A stretch of 64,000 nucleotides of DNA from assembly GCA_963695095.1 (NCBI GenBank), contig CAVOFT010000001.1, forward strand, positions 2,880,001 through 2,944,000, written 5' to 3'. Below, piece after piece: positions 33,172 through 43,488 of the stretch. The stretch is from an uncultured bacterium. Its GTDB lineage: Bacteria; Krumholzibacteriota; Krumholzibacteriia; JACNKJ01. Within the stretch, counting starts at the first letter, position 1. Each line of letters opens with the position of its first letter. The notes under the pieces are model-generated. The model did no database searches. It was not told the origin of the DNA and was given only the letters and a program-made list of their open reading frames with translations. A program made the position numbers and the translations under genes.

Positions 33172-34323
33172 ATGCACCGACTTCAGCTCGTGGCGGCTCT
33201 CGCCGCCCTGCTCACCGGCGCCGGCAGCGCTAGCGCCTCGTCCACCGCCAGCGGCGTCAGCCGCGACTTCAACCCCGCCATCAGCGTCAACACCCTGCTC
33301 GTCTTTCGCGAGGGACTCATCGCCGCGGCAACGGCCGACAGCATCGCTGCCGAGCACGAGCACGCCAGCGCCACGGAGGGCTTCGCCGTCCAGGAAACCG
33401 AGCTGCAATTCACGGCCAGCGTGGACCCCTACGCCCGCGCCAGCGTGACGCTCGCCATGCACGGCACGGAGAGCATCGAGGCCGAGGAGGCCTTTCTCCA
33501 GCTTCTCCAGCTCCCGCGCGGGCTGGGCCTGCGCGCCGGCGCCTTCTACTGGGAGTTCGGCAAGCACAACACCCTGCACACGCACCAGTACCCCTTCGTC
33601 GAGCGACCCGTGGCCTGGGACGCCCTGCTCGGCGAGCACGGGCTCTCCGGTGCCGCCATCGAGCTGTCCTGGCTCACCCCCCTGCCCTGGTTCGCGGAGC
33701 TGACCGCCACGGCCGCGCCGCTGGGCGAGGCCGTCTACGGCGAGCACGCCGAGGCCCCTGCGGACGAGTGGTCCGGCGGCCTGCGCCTGCGCCAGCTCTG
33801 GGATCTGGGCGACCGCACGACGCTCGAGGCCGGCGGCTCCTGGTTCACGGGCGACACCGCGCACGAACACGACGATGCGCTGGAGATCGGCACCCGGCAC
33901 TTCCTCGGCGCCGACCTTACCGTGAAGTGGACCGGCGGCGGCGCCAACCCGCGCGCGCTCGAGCTGCAAGCCGAGTGGCTGCGCCGCCACGACAGCCTGG
34001 ACGACGGCGGAGAGATCCTCGACGACGATGGCCTCTACGCCGCTATCCGCGGTCGCGTGACGCGGCGCTTCTGGCTCAGCGGGCGCTTCGATCTGCTCCG
34101 CGCCGCCCAGCACGCGGAGGCCGCCGCCGAAGTGGATGAAGGGCACAGCCACGGAGCCCTGCCCGATACGGACACCTGGACCGCCTCGCTGGCCTTCGTG
34201 CCCAGCGAGTTCCAGGCCTGGCGACTGGATCTGCTCTCCCGCGAGATCGCGGGCGAGCGCGACACCGGCCTGCGCGCGCAGGTGAACTTCACCATCGGCA
34301 GCCACCCGGCGCACCGCTACTAG
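33172..34323 (+). CDS. His-rich outer-membrane porin-like protein of a metal-uptake operon
   Basis: Signal peptide; FNPAISV, VDPY, EEAF, FGKHNTLHTH, PSEFQ..R, IGSHPAHRY. Confidence 0.75.
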   Translation: MHRLQLVAALAALLTGAGSASASSTASGVSRDFNPAISVNTLLVFREGLIAAATADSIAAEHEHASATEGFAVQETELQFTASVDPYARASVTLAMHGTESIEAEEAFLQLLQLPRGLGLRAGAFYWEFGKHNTLHTHQYPFVERPVAWDALLGEHGLSGAAIELSWLTPLPWFAELTATAAPLGEAVYGEHAEAPADEWSGGLRLRQLWDLGDRTTLEAGGSWFTGDTAHEHDDALEIGTRHFLGADLTVKWTGGGANPRALELQAEWLRRHDSLDDGGEILDDDGLYAAIRGRVTRRFWLSGRFDLLRAAQHAEAAAEVDEGHSHGALPDTDTWTASLAFVPSEFQAWRLDLLSREIAGERDTGLRAQVNFTIGSHPAHRY

Positions 34324-34333
34324 GAGGACGGCC

Positions 34334-35260
34334 ATGCGCATACGACTCGCCCTCACCGCGCTGCTCCTCTGTGCGGCAACGCTCACCGTGGCCCCACCTC
34401 TGCGCGCCGCCGCGCTCGAGGTGGCGGCCACCCTGCCCGAACTCGCCCTGCTCGTCGAGGCCGTCGGCGGCGAGCGCGTCGAGGTCACGGCCCTCGCCCG
34501 CGCCGACGAGGACCCTCACTCCCTCGCCGCCAAGCCCAGCCACAGCCGCCGCCTGCTGAAGGCCGATCTCGTCGTCTACAACGGCCTGCAGCTCGAGGTG
34601 GGTTGGCTGCCGCTGCTGCTGCAGGGGGCGCGCAATCCGGCGCTGCTCGCCGGGGGCAGGGGCAGTCTCGATCTCGCCAGCGCGATCGAGCCGCTCGAGG
34701 TGCCCACGGGCAGCATCGATCGCAGCCAGGGCGACGTGCACCCCGAGGGCAACCCGCACTACACGGTGGATCCCGGGCTCTACCCCGAGCTCGCCGACGC
34801 CGTCGCCGAGCGCCTCGCCGCGCTCGACCCCGCCGGCGCCGCCGGCTACCGCGACGCCGCGGCTCGCTTCCGCGCCGATTGGGAGCCGCGCCTGGCGGCC
34901 TGGCGGGAGCGCCTGGCGCCCGCGGTGGACAGGGCGGTGATCAGCTACCACAAGCAGTGGGAGTACTTCGCACGGCGCTTCGGCCTGCGCATCGTGGACT
35001 ACATCGAGGACCGGCCGGGCATCCCGCCCTCGCCGCGCCACGTGAGCGAGCTCGTCCAGCGTATCCAGACCGGCGGCGTGGCGCTGGTGATCTATGCCGA
35101 CCTCACCCACCCTGAAGTGCCCGAACGCCTCGCCGCGCGCGGCGGCTGCCGGGCGCTGGCCTTGCCGCAGTCGCCCGGCAGCCGGCCGGGCACGGAGACG
35201 CTGGTCACTTGGTTCGACACCCTGGTTGGCACGCTAGCCTCCGCAATCGAGGAGCCTTGA
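34334..35260 (+). CDS. Zn/Mn (cluster A-I) ABC substrate-binding protein
   Basis: DPH, NGLQLEVGWLP, GDVHPEGNPHY, YHKQWEYF, E..PGIPPSPRH. Confidence 0.9.
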   Translation: MRIRLALTALLLCAATLTVAPPLRAAALEVAATLPELALLVEAVGGERVEVTALARADEDPHSLAAKPSHSRRLLKADLVVYNGLQLEVGWLPLLLQGARNPALLAGGRGSLDLASAIEPLEVPTGSIDRSQGDVHPEGNPHYTVDPGLYPELADAVAERLAALDPAGAAGYRDAAARFRADWEPRLAAWRERLAPAVDRAVISYHKQWEYFARRFGLRIVDYIEDRPGIPPSPRHVSELVQRIQTGGVALVIYADLTHPEVPERLAARGGCRALALPQSPGSRPGTETLVTWFDTLVGTLASAIEEP

Positions 35261-35261
35261 G

Positions 35262-36083
35262 ATGGAACTGCTGCGCATCATGGCCGCGCCCTTCGCAGCC
35301 AGCGTCGTGCTGGTGCTCATTCACGCCTACCTCGGCGGCCACGTGCTGCAGCGCGGCGTGATCTTCGTGGATCTCGCCATGGCTCAGTTCGCCGCCCTCG
35401 GCGCCACGGCCGGCTTGCTCTTCGGCGTCGAGCTGGAGAGCCGGCCGGCCTATTTCCTCGGGCTCGCCGCCTCGCTGGGGGCGGCGGGCCTCTTCGCCCT
35501 CTCACGCCAGCACCTGCGCCGCGTGCCGCAGGAGGCGGTGATCGGCATCGCCTATGTGTTCGCCTCGAGCGCGGCCTTGATCATCGCCGCGCGCAGCCCC
35601 CACGGCGCCGAGCACGTGGAGCAGATGCTGGTCGGCGCGCTGCTCTGGGTGAGCTGGCAGGAAGTGCTGAAGACGGCCCTGCTCTACGGCCTGCTCGGAG
35701 CCCTGCTCTGGCGGATGCACGGTCCGCTCAGCCAGCTCAGCGCCGATCCGGACGGCGCGCGGCAGGTAGGGCGCCGGCTCTTCGGCTGGGACTTCCTCTT
35801 CTATGCGGTCTTCGCGCTGGTTGTGACCAGCTCGGTGCGCATCGCCGGCGTCCTGCTGGTCTTCAGCTTTCTCATCGTGCCCTCGGTGTTCGCCGCCCTG
35901 CGCGGCGCCCAGGGCGGCCGGCGCCTGGCCTTCGCCTGGAGCTTCGGCATCGCTACCAGCCTGGCCGGCATGCTGGCCTCCTACTGGCTGGACCTGCCCA
36001 CGGGCGCCACGGTGGTGGTGGTGATGGGCCTCGCGCTCTTCACGGCCAGCCTGCTGCCAGCCCCGCGCGCTCAGTCGAGCTGA
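35262..36083 (+). CDS. Metal ABC transporter permease (ZnuB-like)
   Basis: H.YLG.HV..RGVIFVDLA.AQ, EAVIG, GVLLVFSFLIVP, DLPTGA. Confidence 0.88.
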   Translation: MELLRIMAAPFAASVVLVLIHAYLGGHVLQRGVIFVDLAMAQFAALGATAGLLFGVELESRPAYFLGLAASLGAAGLFALSRQHLRRVPQEAVIGIAYVFASSAALIIAARSPHGAEHVEQMLVGALLWVSWQEVLKTALLYGLLGALLWRMHGPLSQLSADPDGARQVGRRLFGWDFLFYAVFALVVTSSVRIAGVLLVFSFLIVPSVFAALRGAQGGRRLAFAWSFGIATSLAGMLASYWLDLPTGATVVVVMGLALFTASLLPAPRAQSS

Positions 36084-37249
36084 AGCGCGAGCACGGAGAG
36101 ATAGCGCGTCTCGGGCATGCCGGGCAGCACCGGGTGGTCCGCGCCCTGGCCGCCGCGGTAGAGGATGCGCGCCGCGCGCCCGCTCTTGGCCACAGCGCGC
36201 AGCACATGGCCCTGCCAGATCTGCTCCTCGATGGGATAGGTGCAGGAGCAGGTGAGCAGGACGCCGCCCGGCGCCACGCGCCCGGCGGCCTTGCGATTGA
36301 GGTGGGCATAGGCGCCGAGAGCCCCCTCCACCTCGCCGCGCTCCTTGGCCAGCGCGGGTGGATCGAGCACGACCAGGTCCCAGTCGCCGTGGGGCCAGCC
36401 CGCCGCGCCCTTGCCGGCGTGGAGCAAGTCGAGCGCCTGGAAGCGGCAGCGCTTGCCCAAGCTGTTCGCCTCCGCGCTCGTGCGAGCAAGGGCGAGGGCG
36501 GGCTCTGAGCGGTCCAGGCCCAGCGCGCTCGCGGCGCCGCCTGCCGCCGCCTGCAGCGCGAAGCCGCCGCTGTGGCAGAAGAGGTCCAGCACGCGCCGGC
36601 CCTGCGCCGCACGGCGCAGCCAGGCGCGGCTCTCGCGCTGATCCCAGAACCAGCCGCCCTTGAGCCCGCCCAGCGGGTCGATGGCGAGGCGCAGGCCGCC
36701 TTCTTCGGCCCAGGCCTGCTCCGGCAGCTCGCCGAAGCTCTCGGGCGGCAGCTCGGGGAGACCCTCCTTGCGGCGCACGCCCGCGTCGCGGCGCAGGACG
36801 AGGCCGCCCACGCCGGGCAGGGCGAGCAGGCTCTCGACCAGGGCCGGCGCATGCGCCTCGCTGGCCGCCGAGGCGAGCTGGGCGACGAGCAGGGCGCCGA
36901 AGCGGTCCACGGTGAGGCCGGGCAGGCCGTCCGCCTCGCCGTAGACGAGCCGGTAGTGCGGCGCGCCGTAGAGGCGCTCGCGCAGATCGAGGGCGCGGGC
37001 CAGGGCCTGCGGCAGGTGATCGGCGAAGGGCAGTGGCCGCCGCGCGTAGATCCGCGCGCGAATCAGCGACTGCGGGTTCCAGAGCGCGGCTCCCAGCGCT
37101 TCGCCCCGCGCGTCGACGAGCAGCACGCTGTCGCCGGCGACGAGCCCCTCGGGCGCCGCGGCGATCTCGCCCGCATAGGCCCAGCAGTGGCCGCGCCGGA
37201 GGCGGCGTTCTTCGCCGGGCAGCAGGGTGACGACGGGTAGGGCGCTCAT
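36071..37249 (-). CDS. rlmI: Class I SAM-dependent rRNA methyltransferase, RlmI-like
   Basis: GH.W.Y..EI, GEADGLPGL.VDRF, K.G.F.DQR, VLDLFC..GGF, LDPP, TCSC, DHPV...PET.YL. Confidence 0.85.
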   Translation of the reverse strand: MSALPVVTLLPGEERRLRRGHCWAYAGEIAAAPEGLVAGDSVLLVDARGEALGAALWNPQSLIRARIYARRPLPFADHLPQALARALDLRERLYGAPHYRLVYGEADGLPGLTVDRFGALLVAQLASAASEAHAPALVESLLALPGVGGLVLRRDAGVRRKEGLPELPPESFGELPEQAWAEEGGLRLAIDPLGGLKGGWFWDQRESRAWLRRAAQGRRVLDLFCHSGGFALQAAAGGAASALGLDRSEPALALARTSAEANSLGKRCRFQALDLLHAGKGAAGWPHGDWDLVVLDPPALAKERGEVEGALGAYAHLNRKAAGRVAPGGVLLTCSCTYPIEEQIWQGHVLRAVAKSGRAARILYRGGQGADHPVLPGMPETRYLSVLALQLD

Positions 37250-37320
37250 CGCAGGGCCTCGCGCTGGGGCTGGGGCTCGGGCGGATCGGGGCCGCCAGCA
37301 TAGGGCGCGGGCCCCGGGGC

Positions 37321-37349
37321 TTCAAGCGCGCGGCCGAATCTGCTACAAT
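37321..37349 (+). promoter_or_regulatory. Promoter TTCAAG-N17-TACAAT with extended TG
   Basis: Upstream of the ORF at 37402. Confidence 0.5.
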
Positions 37350-37401
37350 CGGGGCGGAAGCAGGCCGGTTCGTCCCCAGGATTCCCCCTGGAGCCCCGGC
37401 C

Positions 37402-38031
37402 GTGATTCGTCGCCCCCTTCGCCTCGCCCTCGTGCTGGCCCTCGCGCTGGCCGCGTCCGGGCCAAGCCGGGCCGCCACGCTCCGCGTGCCGGGGGACTTC
37501 CCGCTCATCCAGCAAGCGCTCGACGCCGCCCAGCCGGGCGACACCGTGCGCGTGGCCGCCGGCATCTTCAGCGGCCCGGGCAACCGCGCCCTGGACACCC
37601 GCGGCAAGGCGCTCTCCTTGATCGGCGCCGGCCCGGGCGGCACGCTCATCGACTGCGAGGGCGCCGGCGGCGGCTTCCTGCTGCGCGCCGAGGGCGAGGC
37701 GCGCAGCCTGATCCGCGGCTTCACGGTGCTGCGGGCGGCGGCGGCCCGCGGAGCCGGGCTGGATTGCGAGGGTGGGCATCTGCGCCTGGAGAGCTGCGCC
37801 TTCGTCGGCGGGCGTGCGGACTGGGGCGCGGGCCTGGCGGCGACCTGGGAGAGCACGGTGCACCTGCAGAGCTGCACCTTCACCGGCAATCGGGCGGCGC
37901 TGGGCGGCGACGATCTCTACCTCGTCGGCGGCAGCGCGCTGCTCAGGGACTGCCGGGCGCGCGCCGGCGGCATTCTCGCGCTCGCCGGCGCCGAGCTGCG
38001 GCATCTGAGCAGCGGATCCAGGGCGCAATGA
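37402..38031 (+). CDS. Short secreted right-handed beta-helix protein
   Basis: Signal, [33 protein letters not shown] repeats. Confidence 0.65.
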   Translation: MIRRPLRLALVLALALAASGPSRAATLRVPGDFPLIQQALDAAQPGDTVRVAAGIFSGPGNRALDTRGKALSLIGAGPGGTLIDCEGAGGGFLLRAEGEARSLIRGFTVLRAAAARGAGLDCEGGHLRLESCAFVGGRADWGAGLAATWESTVHLQSCTFTGNRAALGGDDLYLVGGSALLRDCRARAGGILALAGAELRHLSSGSRAQ

Positions 38032-38034
38032 AGA

Positions 38035-38061
38035 GCGGGGCTCCCGGGAGAGGAGCCCCGC
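38035..38061. terminator. Hairpin between convergent genes
   Basis: gcggggctcc-cgggaga-ggagccccgc. Confidence 0.6.
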
Positions 38062-38082
38062 CGACCTTCGGGAATGATGGCG

Positions 38083-38699
38083 CTACTTCTTCAGCGCCTC
38101 GAAGCGCTTCGCTACTTCGCTCCAGTTGACGACGTTCCACCAGGCGCCGATGTAGTCCGGCCGGCGGTTCTGGTAGTGCAGGTAGTAGGCGTGCTCCCAG
38201 ACGTCGAGGCCGAGGATCGGCGTGCCCGCGCCGTCCATGAGCGGGCTGTCCTGGTTGGGCGAGCTCGAGACGACGAGCTTGTCGCCCTTCGACGGAGAGC
38301 CAGGCCCAGCCGCTGCCGAAGCGCGTGGCGCCGGCGGCGGCGAACTGCTCCTTGAAGCCGTCGAAGGAGCCGAAGTCGGCGGCGATGGCCTCGGCCAGCT
38401 GCGCCCGTGGGCTCGCCGCCGCCCTTGCCGCTCATGACCTTCCAGAAGAGGTGTGGTTCCAGTGGCCGCCGCCGTTGTTGCGCACGGCCGTGCGGCTGGG
38501 CCTCGGGCACGGCGCTCAGGTCGGCGAGCAGCTTCTCGAGCGGCATGTCGCCGTGGCTGCCGCCGGCGGCCTCGAGGGCCTTGTTCAGGTTGGCGACGTA
38601 GGCGGCGTGGTGCTTGCCGTGGTGGATCTCCATGGTGCGCGCGTCGATGTGCGGCTCCAGGGCGTCGAAGTCGTAGGGCAGGTCGGGCAGCTTGTGCAT
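38083..38699 (-). CDS. sodA: Mn/Fe superoxide dismutase (several frameshifts)
   Basis: [56 protein letters not shown]. Confidence 0.9.
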
Positions 38700-38798
38700 C
38701 GTCTTCCTCTCCTTCACAGAGTCCCATCGTGGTCGGTTGGCTACGGGACCAAGATAGTCCAATTTCGGATCGAGTCAAGAAGGCCGCAAACAAAGCGG

Positions 38799-41021
38799 TT
38801 AGGGGATTTCGGGAGTGCGAGATCCGGATGCGCCGGCCTGCTGCTTCTTGAAGAAGAGCCGCAGGCTGAGGGCCAGGCTGGCCAGCTTGGTGAGGGCCGT
38901 GTCGCCGCGGCTCGTGAGCACGATGGGGATGCCGCAGCCGACGATGACGCCGGCCGTGTTGAGCCCGCTGGAGACCGTGAGCGACTTGTAGACCGCATTG
39001 CCCGCGTCGATGCCGGGCATGATGAGGATGTCCGCGTTGCCGCGGATCTCGCCGTGGTACTCCTTCTCGGCGGCGATCGCCGCATCGACCGCCACGTCGA
39101 AGCTGAGCGGCCCCTCGACCAGGCAATCCTCGCGCCCGGCGAAGTCGGCGGCGAGCTGGGCCGCCTCCACGCTGCTCTCGATGCGCGGGTTCACCTTCTC
39201 GATGGCGCTGATCACGGCCACCCGCGGCCGCGGCAGGTTGAGGCTGCGCGCCACCACCAGCGCGTTCTCGAGGATGCGCCGCTTCTTGTCGAGGTCGGGA
39301 TCCACGTTGACGCCGGCATCGCTGAGCAGCAGCAGCTTCCCCTGCTCGGCGCGCTGGAAGACGGCGACATGGCTGAAGAGCGCGCCCTCGGGCAGGCGCC
39401 CCTGCTCCTTGAGCCAGCGGAAGACCGGCGCCAGCAGTTCCTCCGTCTTCACCGAGCCCTTCATCAGGACCTGGCAGCGCCCGGCGGCGTAGAGCTCGAG
39501 GCAGGTGGCCACGGGATCCACGCTCTCCACCAGCTCGAAGTCGCTGCGGGCGAGGTCCAGGCCCACCTGCGCCGCCAGCTTGCGGGTGGCGGCGAGGTCC
39601 CCCACCAGCAGGAAGCGGGCGATCTTGTACTCGCCCTCCTCGGTGGCGCGGCGCACGGCTTCGAGCGCGTCGTCGTTGTCGGCGCCGGCGATGGCGATGG
39701 TGGGCAGAAAGAAGCGATTCACCTGCTCGCGGGTGGCCTGGATCAGCTCGTCCAGGCTGCGGATGGGGCTGCCCTGGCGCCGCCGCAGCACGGCCCGGCG
39801 GAAGACCGGCTGCTCGATGAGCCGGTTCTCGCGGCCGCGGTAGGCTGCCAGCATGTCCCGTTCCTCTTCGTAGAAGCGCAGGCAGCTCGGATCCATGAGG
39901 GCCTGCGCCATGCCGGCGGCCAGCGCCTCCTGCTCAGCCGATCCAGGCAGCCGCACGATGGGCAGGAGCCCCCCCACGCGCTCCTCGATGCGCTCGGCCA
40001 GCTCGACGCTGCGCGTGAGCCCCCCCGTGATGACGACGTAGTCCGGCCGCCCCCAGCCCGCGGCGAGCGAGAGAATGCCCTCGCTGATGCGCTGCGCGAA
40101 GAAGCGCAGGAGCAGGTTGATCTTGTCGGCCTGCTCGCGCGTGGCGCCGTGCTCGCGAAAACCGAGCAGGGTCTTGAAGTCGTTGGTGCCCGCCAGCGAG
40201 AGCAGCCCGCCCTGCCGGAAGACGCCCTTGTCCAGCTCCTCCAGGCTGATGCGGTGCTCCTGGAGCGCGAGCAGGAGGTCGTGGATGGGCAGGTTGCCGC
40301 TGCGGTTCATCGAGGGCAGGCCGCTGAAGGCGTTGATCACGCGCACGGCCTTGCCGCGATGGTGCCGAACCATGGAGATGCCGCCGCCCAGGTGGGCGCT
40401 GATCACGCTGGCCTCGACCGGATCGATGCCGAACTCCCAGGCGCTCAGGCGCAGCACGGCGCGGTGGTTGAGGTAGTGCACGGCCGTGCCGTCGGTCTTG
40501 AAGTCGCGCAGGCCGGTCATGCGGCACTCGATGTCCACCTCGTCGATGACGGGCGGGTCGGTGACGGTGATCGGGATATCGCGCGCGCCCATGTCGCCCA
40601 GGTCCTTGAGCGCCAGGGCGATGGGCACGCCCATGTTGGAGGCGTGGGCCAGCCGCGGCTGGGCGAGGTCCGCGAGCAGGGCCTCGCTGATGGGATAGGT
40701 GCCGCCGGGAATGGGCTTCAGCACGCCGCCGCGGGAGGCGATGCCTTGCAGACGGGCCAGGTCGACGCCCGTCTCGGCCAGCCAGCGCAGGATGAGGGCG
40801 GCGCGCTCCTCCGCCGTGTCCTCCTGATCGGGGCCGACGTGCACCTCGAAATCGCCGCGCTTGTCGATGCCCTCGAAGTAGGCAACCTTGGTGGAGGTGG
40901 AGCCCGGATTGATGACCAGGATGCGATAGCCCTCGCCGGCCAGGCGCTCGGCCAGCGGCGTCCCCAGCAGCCGCCGGAAGACCTCCAGCGGTGGCATCTT
41001 GCGCAGGAGCAGGGTTTTCAC
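38799..41021 (-). CDS. Butyrate kinase-phosphate butyryltransferase fusion
   Basis: Buk: [30 protein letters not shown]; Ptb: [33 protein letters not shown]; single uninterrupted frame. Confidence 0.88.
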   Translation of the reverse strand: MKTLLLRKMPPLEVFRRLLGTPLAERLAGEGYRILVINPGSTSTKVAYFEGIDKRGDFEVHVGPDQEDTAEERAALILRWLAETGVDLARLQGIASRGGVLKPIPGGTYPISEALLADLAQPRLAHASNMGVPIALALKDLGDMGARDIPITVTDPPVIDEVDIECRMTGLRDFKTDGTAVHYLNHRAVLRLSAWEFGIDPVEASVISAHLGGGISMVRHHRGKAVRVINAFSGLPSMNRSGNLPIHDLLLALQEHRISLEELDKGVFRQGGLLSLAGTNDFKTLLGFREHGATREQADKINLLLRFFAQRISEGILSLAAGWGRPDYVVITGGLTRSVELAERIEERVGGLLPIVRLPGSAEQEALAAGMAQALMDPSCLRFYEEERDMLAAYRGRENRLIEQPVFRRAVLRRRQGSPIRSLDELIQATREQVNRFFLPTIAIAGADNDDALEAVRRATEEGEYKIARFLLVGDLAATRKLAAQVGLDLARSDFELVESVDPVATCLELYAAGRCQVLMKGSVKTEELLAPVFRWLKEQGRLPEGALFSHVAVFQRAEQGKLLLLSDAGVNVDPDLDKKRRILENALVVARSLNLPRPRVAVISAIEKVNPRIESSVEAAQLAADFAGREDCLVEGPLSFDVAVDAAIAAEKEYHGEIRGNADILIMPGIDAGNAVYKSLTVSSGLNTAGVIVGCGIPIVLTSRGDTALTKLASLALSLRLFFKKQQAGASGSRTPEIP

Positions 41022-41057
41022 AGGGTCAAGGTAGCGTGGCCCGGGCAAAGGGCAAGC

Positions 41058-41085
41058 AAAAAGGGGGAGCCTCGCGGCTCCCCCT
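41058..41085 (-). terminator. Rho-independent terminator
   Basis: aaaaa-gggggagcc-tcgc-ggctccccc. Confidence 0.8.
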
Positions 41086-41113
41086 GCGTGCACGATGGCG
41101 CATGGGTTGGGGC

Positions 41114-41626
41114 CTATTTTACCAGCAGCATCTTCCTCGTCTCGCGGTAGTCGCCGGCTACCAGCCGGTAGAAGTAGACGCCGCTGGCGAGATCATCCGC
41201 GCGCAGGGTCACCTCCTGGACGCCAGCCGCCTGGTCCTCATCCACGAGCAGGGCCACCCGGCGCCCCGTCGGATCGTAGAGCGCGAGTTCCACCCGCGCG
41301 GCCTTGGGCAGGCCGTAGCGGATGGTGGTCGTCGGGTTGAAGGGGTTGGGATAGTTCTGACCGATCCAGAAGCTGCCGGGCACGGTCTCGGCGGCCGTGG
41401 GCAGCGGCGGCCCCGACCAGAAGCCGGCCTCGTGCAACCAGGACGGACCACCGAGGCGACCGATGGCCGCCTGGCCCACGGTGCCGTTGATCTGGTAGCC
41501 GCTGCCGGCGCCGCCGCCCGCGCCGCTGCCGACGACGCTGCGCGACATCACGATCGCTGCACGCCCCGGCATGGCACTCGCAGCGAGCAGGCAGGTCGCA
41601 CCGAGGAGCATCGAGAGCTGCCGCAT
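41114..41626 (-). CDS. Small secreted protein: short Gly-rich domain plus T9SS-A-like CTD
   Basis: Signal MRQLSMLL..., SVVGSGAG...GTVGQ..IG......GFW, then QNYPNPFNP...SGVYFYRL...RKMLLVK; TGATG overlap with upstream gene. Confidence 0.8.
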   Translation of the reverse strand: MRQLSMLLGATCLLAASAMPGRAAIVMSRSVVGSGAGGGAGSGYQINGTVGQAAIGRLGGPSWLHEAGFWSGPPLPTAAETVPGSFWIGQNYPNPFNPTTTIRYGLPKAARVELALYDPTGRRVALLVDEDQAAGVQEVTLRADDLASGVYFYRLVAGDYRETRKMLLVK

Positions 41627-43488
41627 CACCGGGCTCCCTTCACGAGCGCCGCGCGGTGCTCCTCGTAGCCCACGCCCATGCTCTCGGGCATGCCGAAGGC
41701 CTCGGGGCTCAGATAGCGGCCCTGGTTCTTGCTGTCCTTGATCTCCTCCACGGGGATGCGGTTGGCGTTCGCATAGGCGTCCTGGCGGATGCCCGTCACC
41801 ATCCAGGACACCTTCATGCCCGCCTGGCCGCCGGCGATCTGGAAGCGATTGCCGTCCATCTCCCTCGCCACGTAGACCGGCGCGAAGCCGCCGATGCAGG
41901 TGAGCTGGTAGCGGAAGTCGCGGTTGAGCGCCTCGAACCACGCGGGCATCTCCACCCAGGAGCTGCCATCCGCGCCGAGCACGATGTTGCCGTTGTAGAC
42001 GTTCATCATGTCCGGGCTCTCGACAAAGCTGTGGCTGAGCGTCTTGTTCGCGGGATCGAGTGGGTGGTCGATCGTGAAGGAGCCAGCGGCCTTGCTCAGT
42101 GTGCCTGTCACGTGAACATTGCCGCTGAAGTAGCCGGCGTAGTTCGTGGTGCCGCCGGCGCCGTAGCCGAAGACGCCGTAGTTCGTGTTGCTGCCGAGGG
42201 CGTAGCCGTAAACCCCGTACTTGGTGCCGGTGCCGAAGACCTGGCCGATGAGGCCCGTGTAGGAGTTGAGGCCGGTGGAGCTGACTTCACCGACCGCGCC
42301 GGTGTAGCCGCCCGTGAACTTTCCGCCGATTCCAAAGTAGTCGCTCGGCACCGAGCGGCCTTCCACGCCAATGTAGTCCGCCATGCCGACATAGGTGACC
42401 TCACCCATGATGGCGGGACCCGAGGGGTTGTTCACCTCGAGCGGGCGGTCGGGAGCCGAGGTGCCGACGCCGACCCGGCCGCCGATGTAGGCGCTGCTCG
42501 GCGTGTAGATGCCCCACCCTACAGAGGCCGCGTCCAGGTAGCCCAGGGCGGCCCAGGAACCACCACCCTGGTTGCCGCCGATCACGCCGGCCGTGTGGGG
42601 GCTGTCGAAGTAGGTGAAGCCCGCAACACCGGCGCTGTAGCTGTCGCCCCAGCTGTTATAGCCCATCAGGGCGCTGTTCATCCCGTTGGGGGTGAATGAG
42701 AATCCGGGATTGCTCAGATTGGAACTACGCAGGCCATAGATGGCCGCGCGGGCATCGCTGTTGTCGTCGAGGTCGTAGAAGCTGGCGTAGAGGCCGCCCT
42801 CCTCGTTCGGGGTTGCGGCATAGATCTGCAGCTTGGAGAGGGAGGCGTGCCGGCCCATGCGCTCCGCCGTCTTCCCATCGGGGTTCACCGGCCGCGCCGG
42901 CACCACGCCGAGGCCCACCTTGCCCGACGGGCGATAGACGTCGCCGCCGTTGTTGTCCCAGTCGTCGCCGCCGGCCACAGGCGTTTGTGCATCCCAGGCA
43001 GTCCCGTTGAAGGTGAGCACCTGGCCGCTGCTGGGCGTCGGCACACTCACATCGCTCAGCGCATCCAGCGTATGCGCGTGCGTGGCCGTCGCCAGATCGC
43101 TGCTGTTGAGGCCATCGAGCCGATCGGCGTTGAGGCTGTAAGGTGCGGAGGCCAGCACGATGCGCGGCGTCAGCTCCGGATTGGCCCCGACGGCGACGCC
43201 CAGCCAGTAGGTGTCGTTGAAGCTGAGGGAGAGCGAGGTCAGGCTGCCGAGCAGCGCATTGAAGACGCCGTCCTGAACGGAGAGCGTGTGGGTCTCCGTC
43301 CAGAGAGCGGAGCCGCCCGCGGGCACGTTGTAGAGCTTGAAGGTGAGGGTGTAGCTGCCGTCGGCGACGATGCTGCCGCCGTCGTCGCGCAGGATGCCCT
43401 GGTAGCTGATTAGCTGCGGTACCGTGGCCACGGCGGCCGTGGCCCAGAGCAGCAGAGCCAGGAGACCGAAGGGGAGAACGCGTCTCAT
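41626..43488 (-). CDS. Secreted fibre/tail-fibre-like protein with phage-like C-terminal domain
   Basis: Signal; ISYQG.L.D...WTETH...GVFN..LG...ELTPR...SAPYSLNA; G.VG.GT..P and GVYG repeats; FTIDHPLDPANK.L.HSFVESP; GGAGG RBS. Confidence 0.75.
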   Translation of the reverse strand: MRRVLPFGLLALLLWATAAVATVPQLISYQGILRDDGGSIVADGSYTLTFKLYNVPAGGSALWTETHTLSVQDGVFNALLGSLTSLSLSFNDTYWLGVAVGANPELTPRIVLASAPYSLNADRLDGLNSSDLATATHAHTLDALSDVSVPTPSSGQVLTFNGTAWDAQTPVAGGDDWDNNGGDVYRPSGKVGLGVVPARPVNPDGKTAERMGRHASLSKLQIYAATPNEEGGLYASFYDLDDNSDARAAIYGLRSSNLSNPGFSFTPNGMNSALMGYNSWGDSYSAGVAGFTYFDSPHTAGVIGGNQGGGSWAALGYLDAASVGWGIYTPSSAYIGGRVGVGTSAPDRPLEVNNPSGPAIMGEVTYVGMADYIGVEGRSVPSDYFGIGGKFTGGYTGAVGEVSSTGLNSYTGLIGQVFGTGTKYGVYGYALGSNTNYGVFGYGAGGTTNYAGYFSGNVHVTGTLSKAAGSFTIDHPLDPANKTLSHSFVESPDMMNVYNGNIVLGADGSSWVEMPAWFEALNRDFRYQLTCIGGFAPVYVAREMDGNRFQIAGGQAGMKVSWMVTGIRQDAYANANRIPVEEIKDSKNQGRYLSPEAFGMPESMGVGYEEHRAALVKGAR

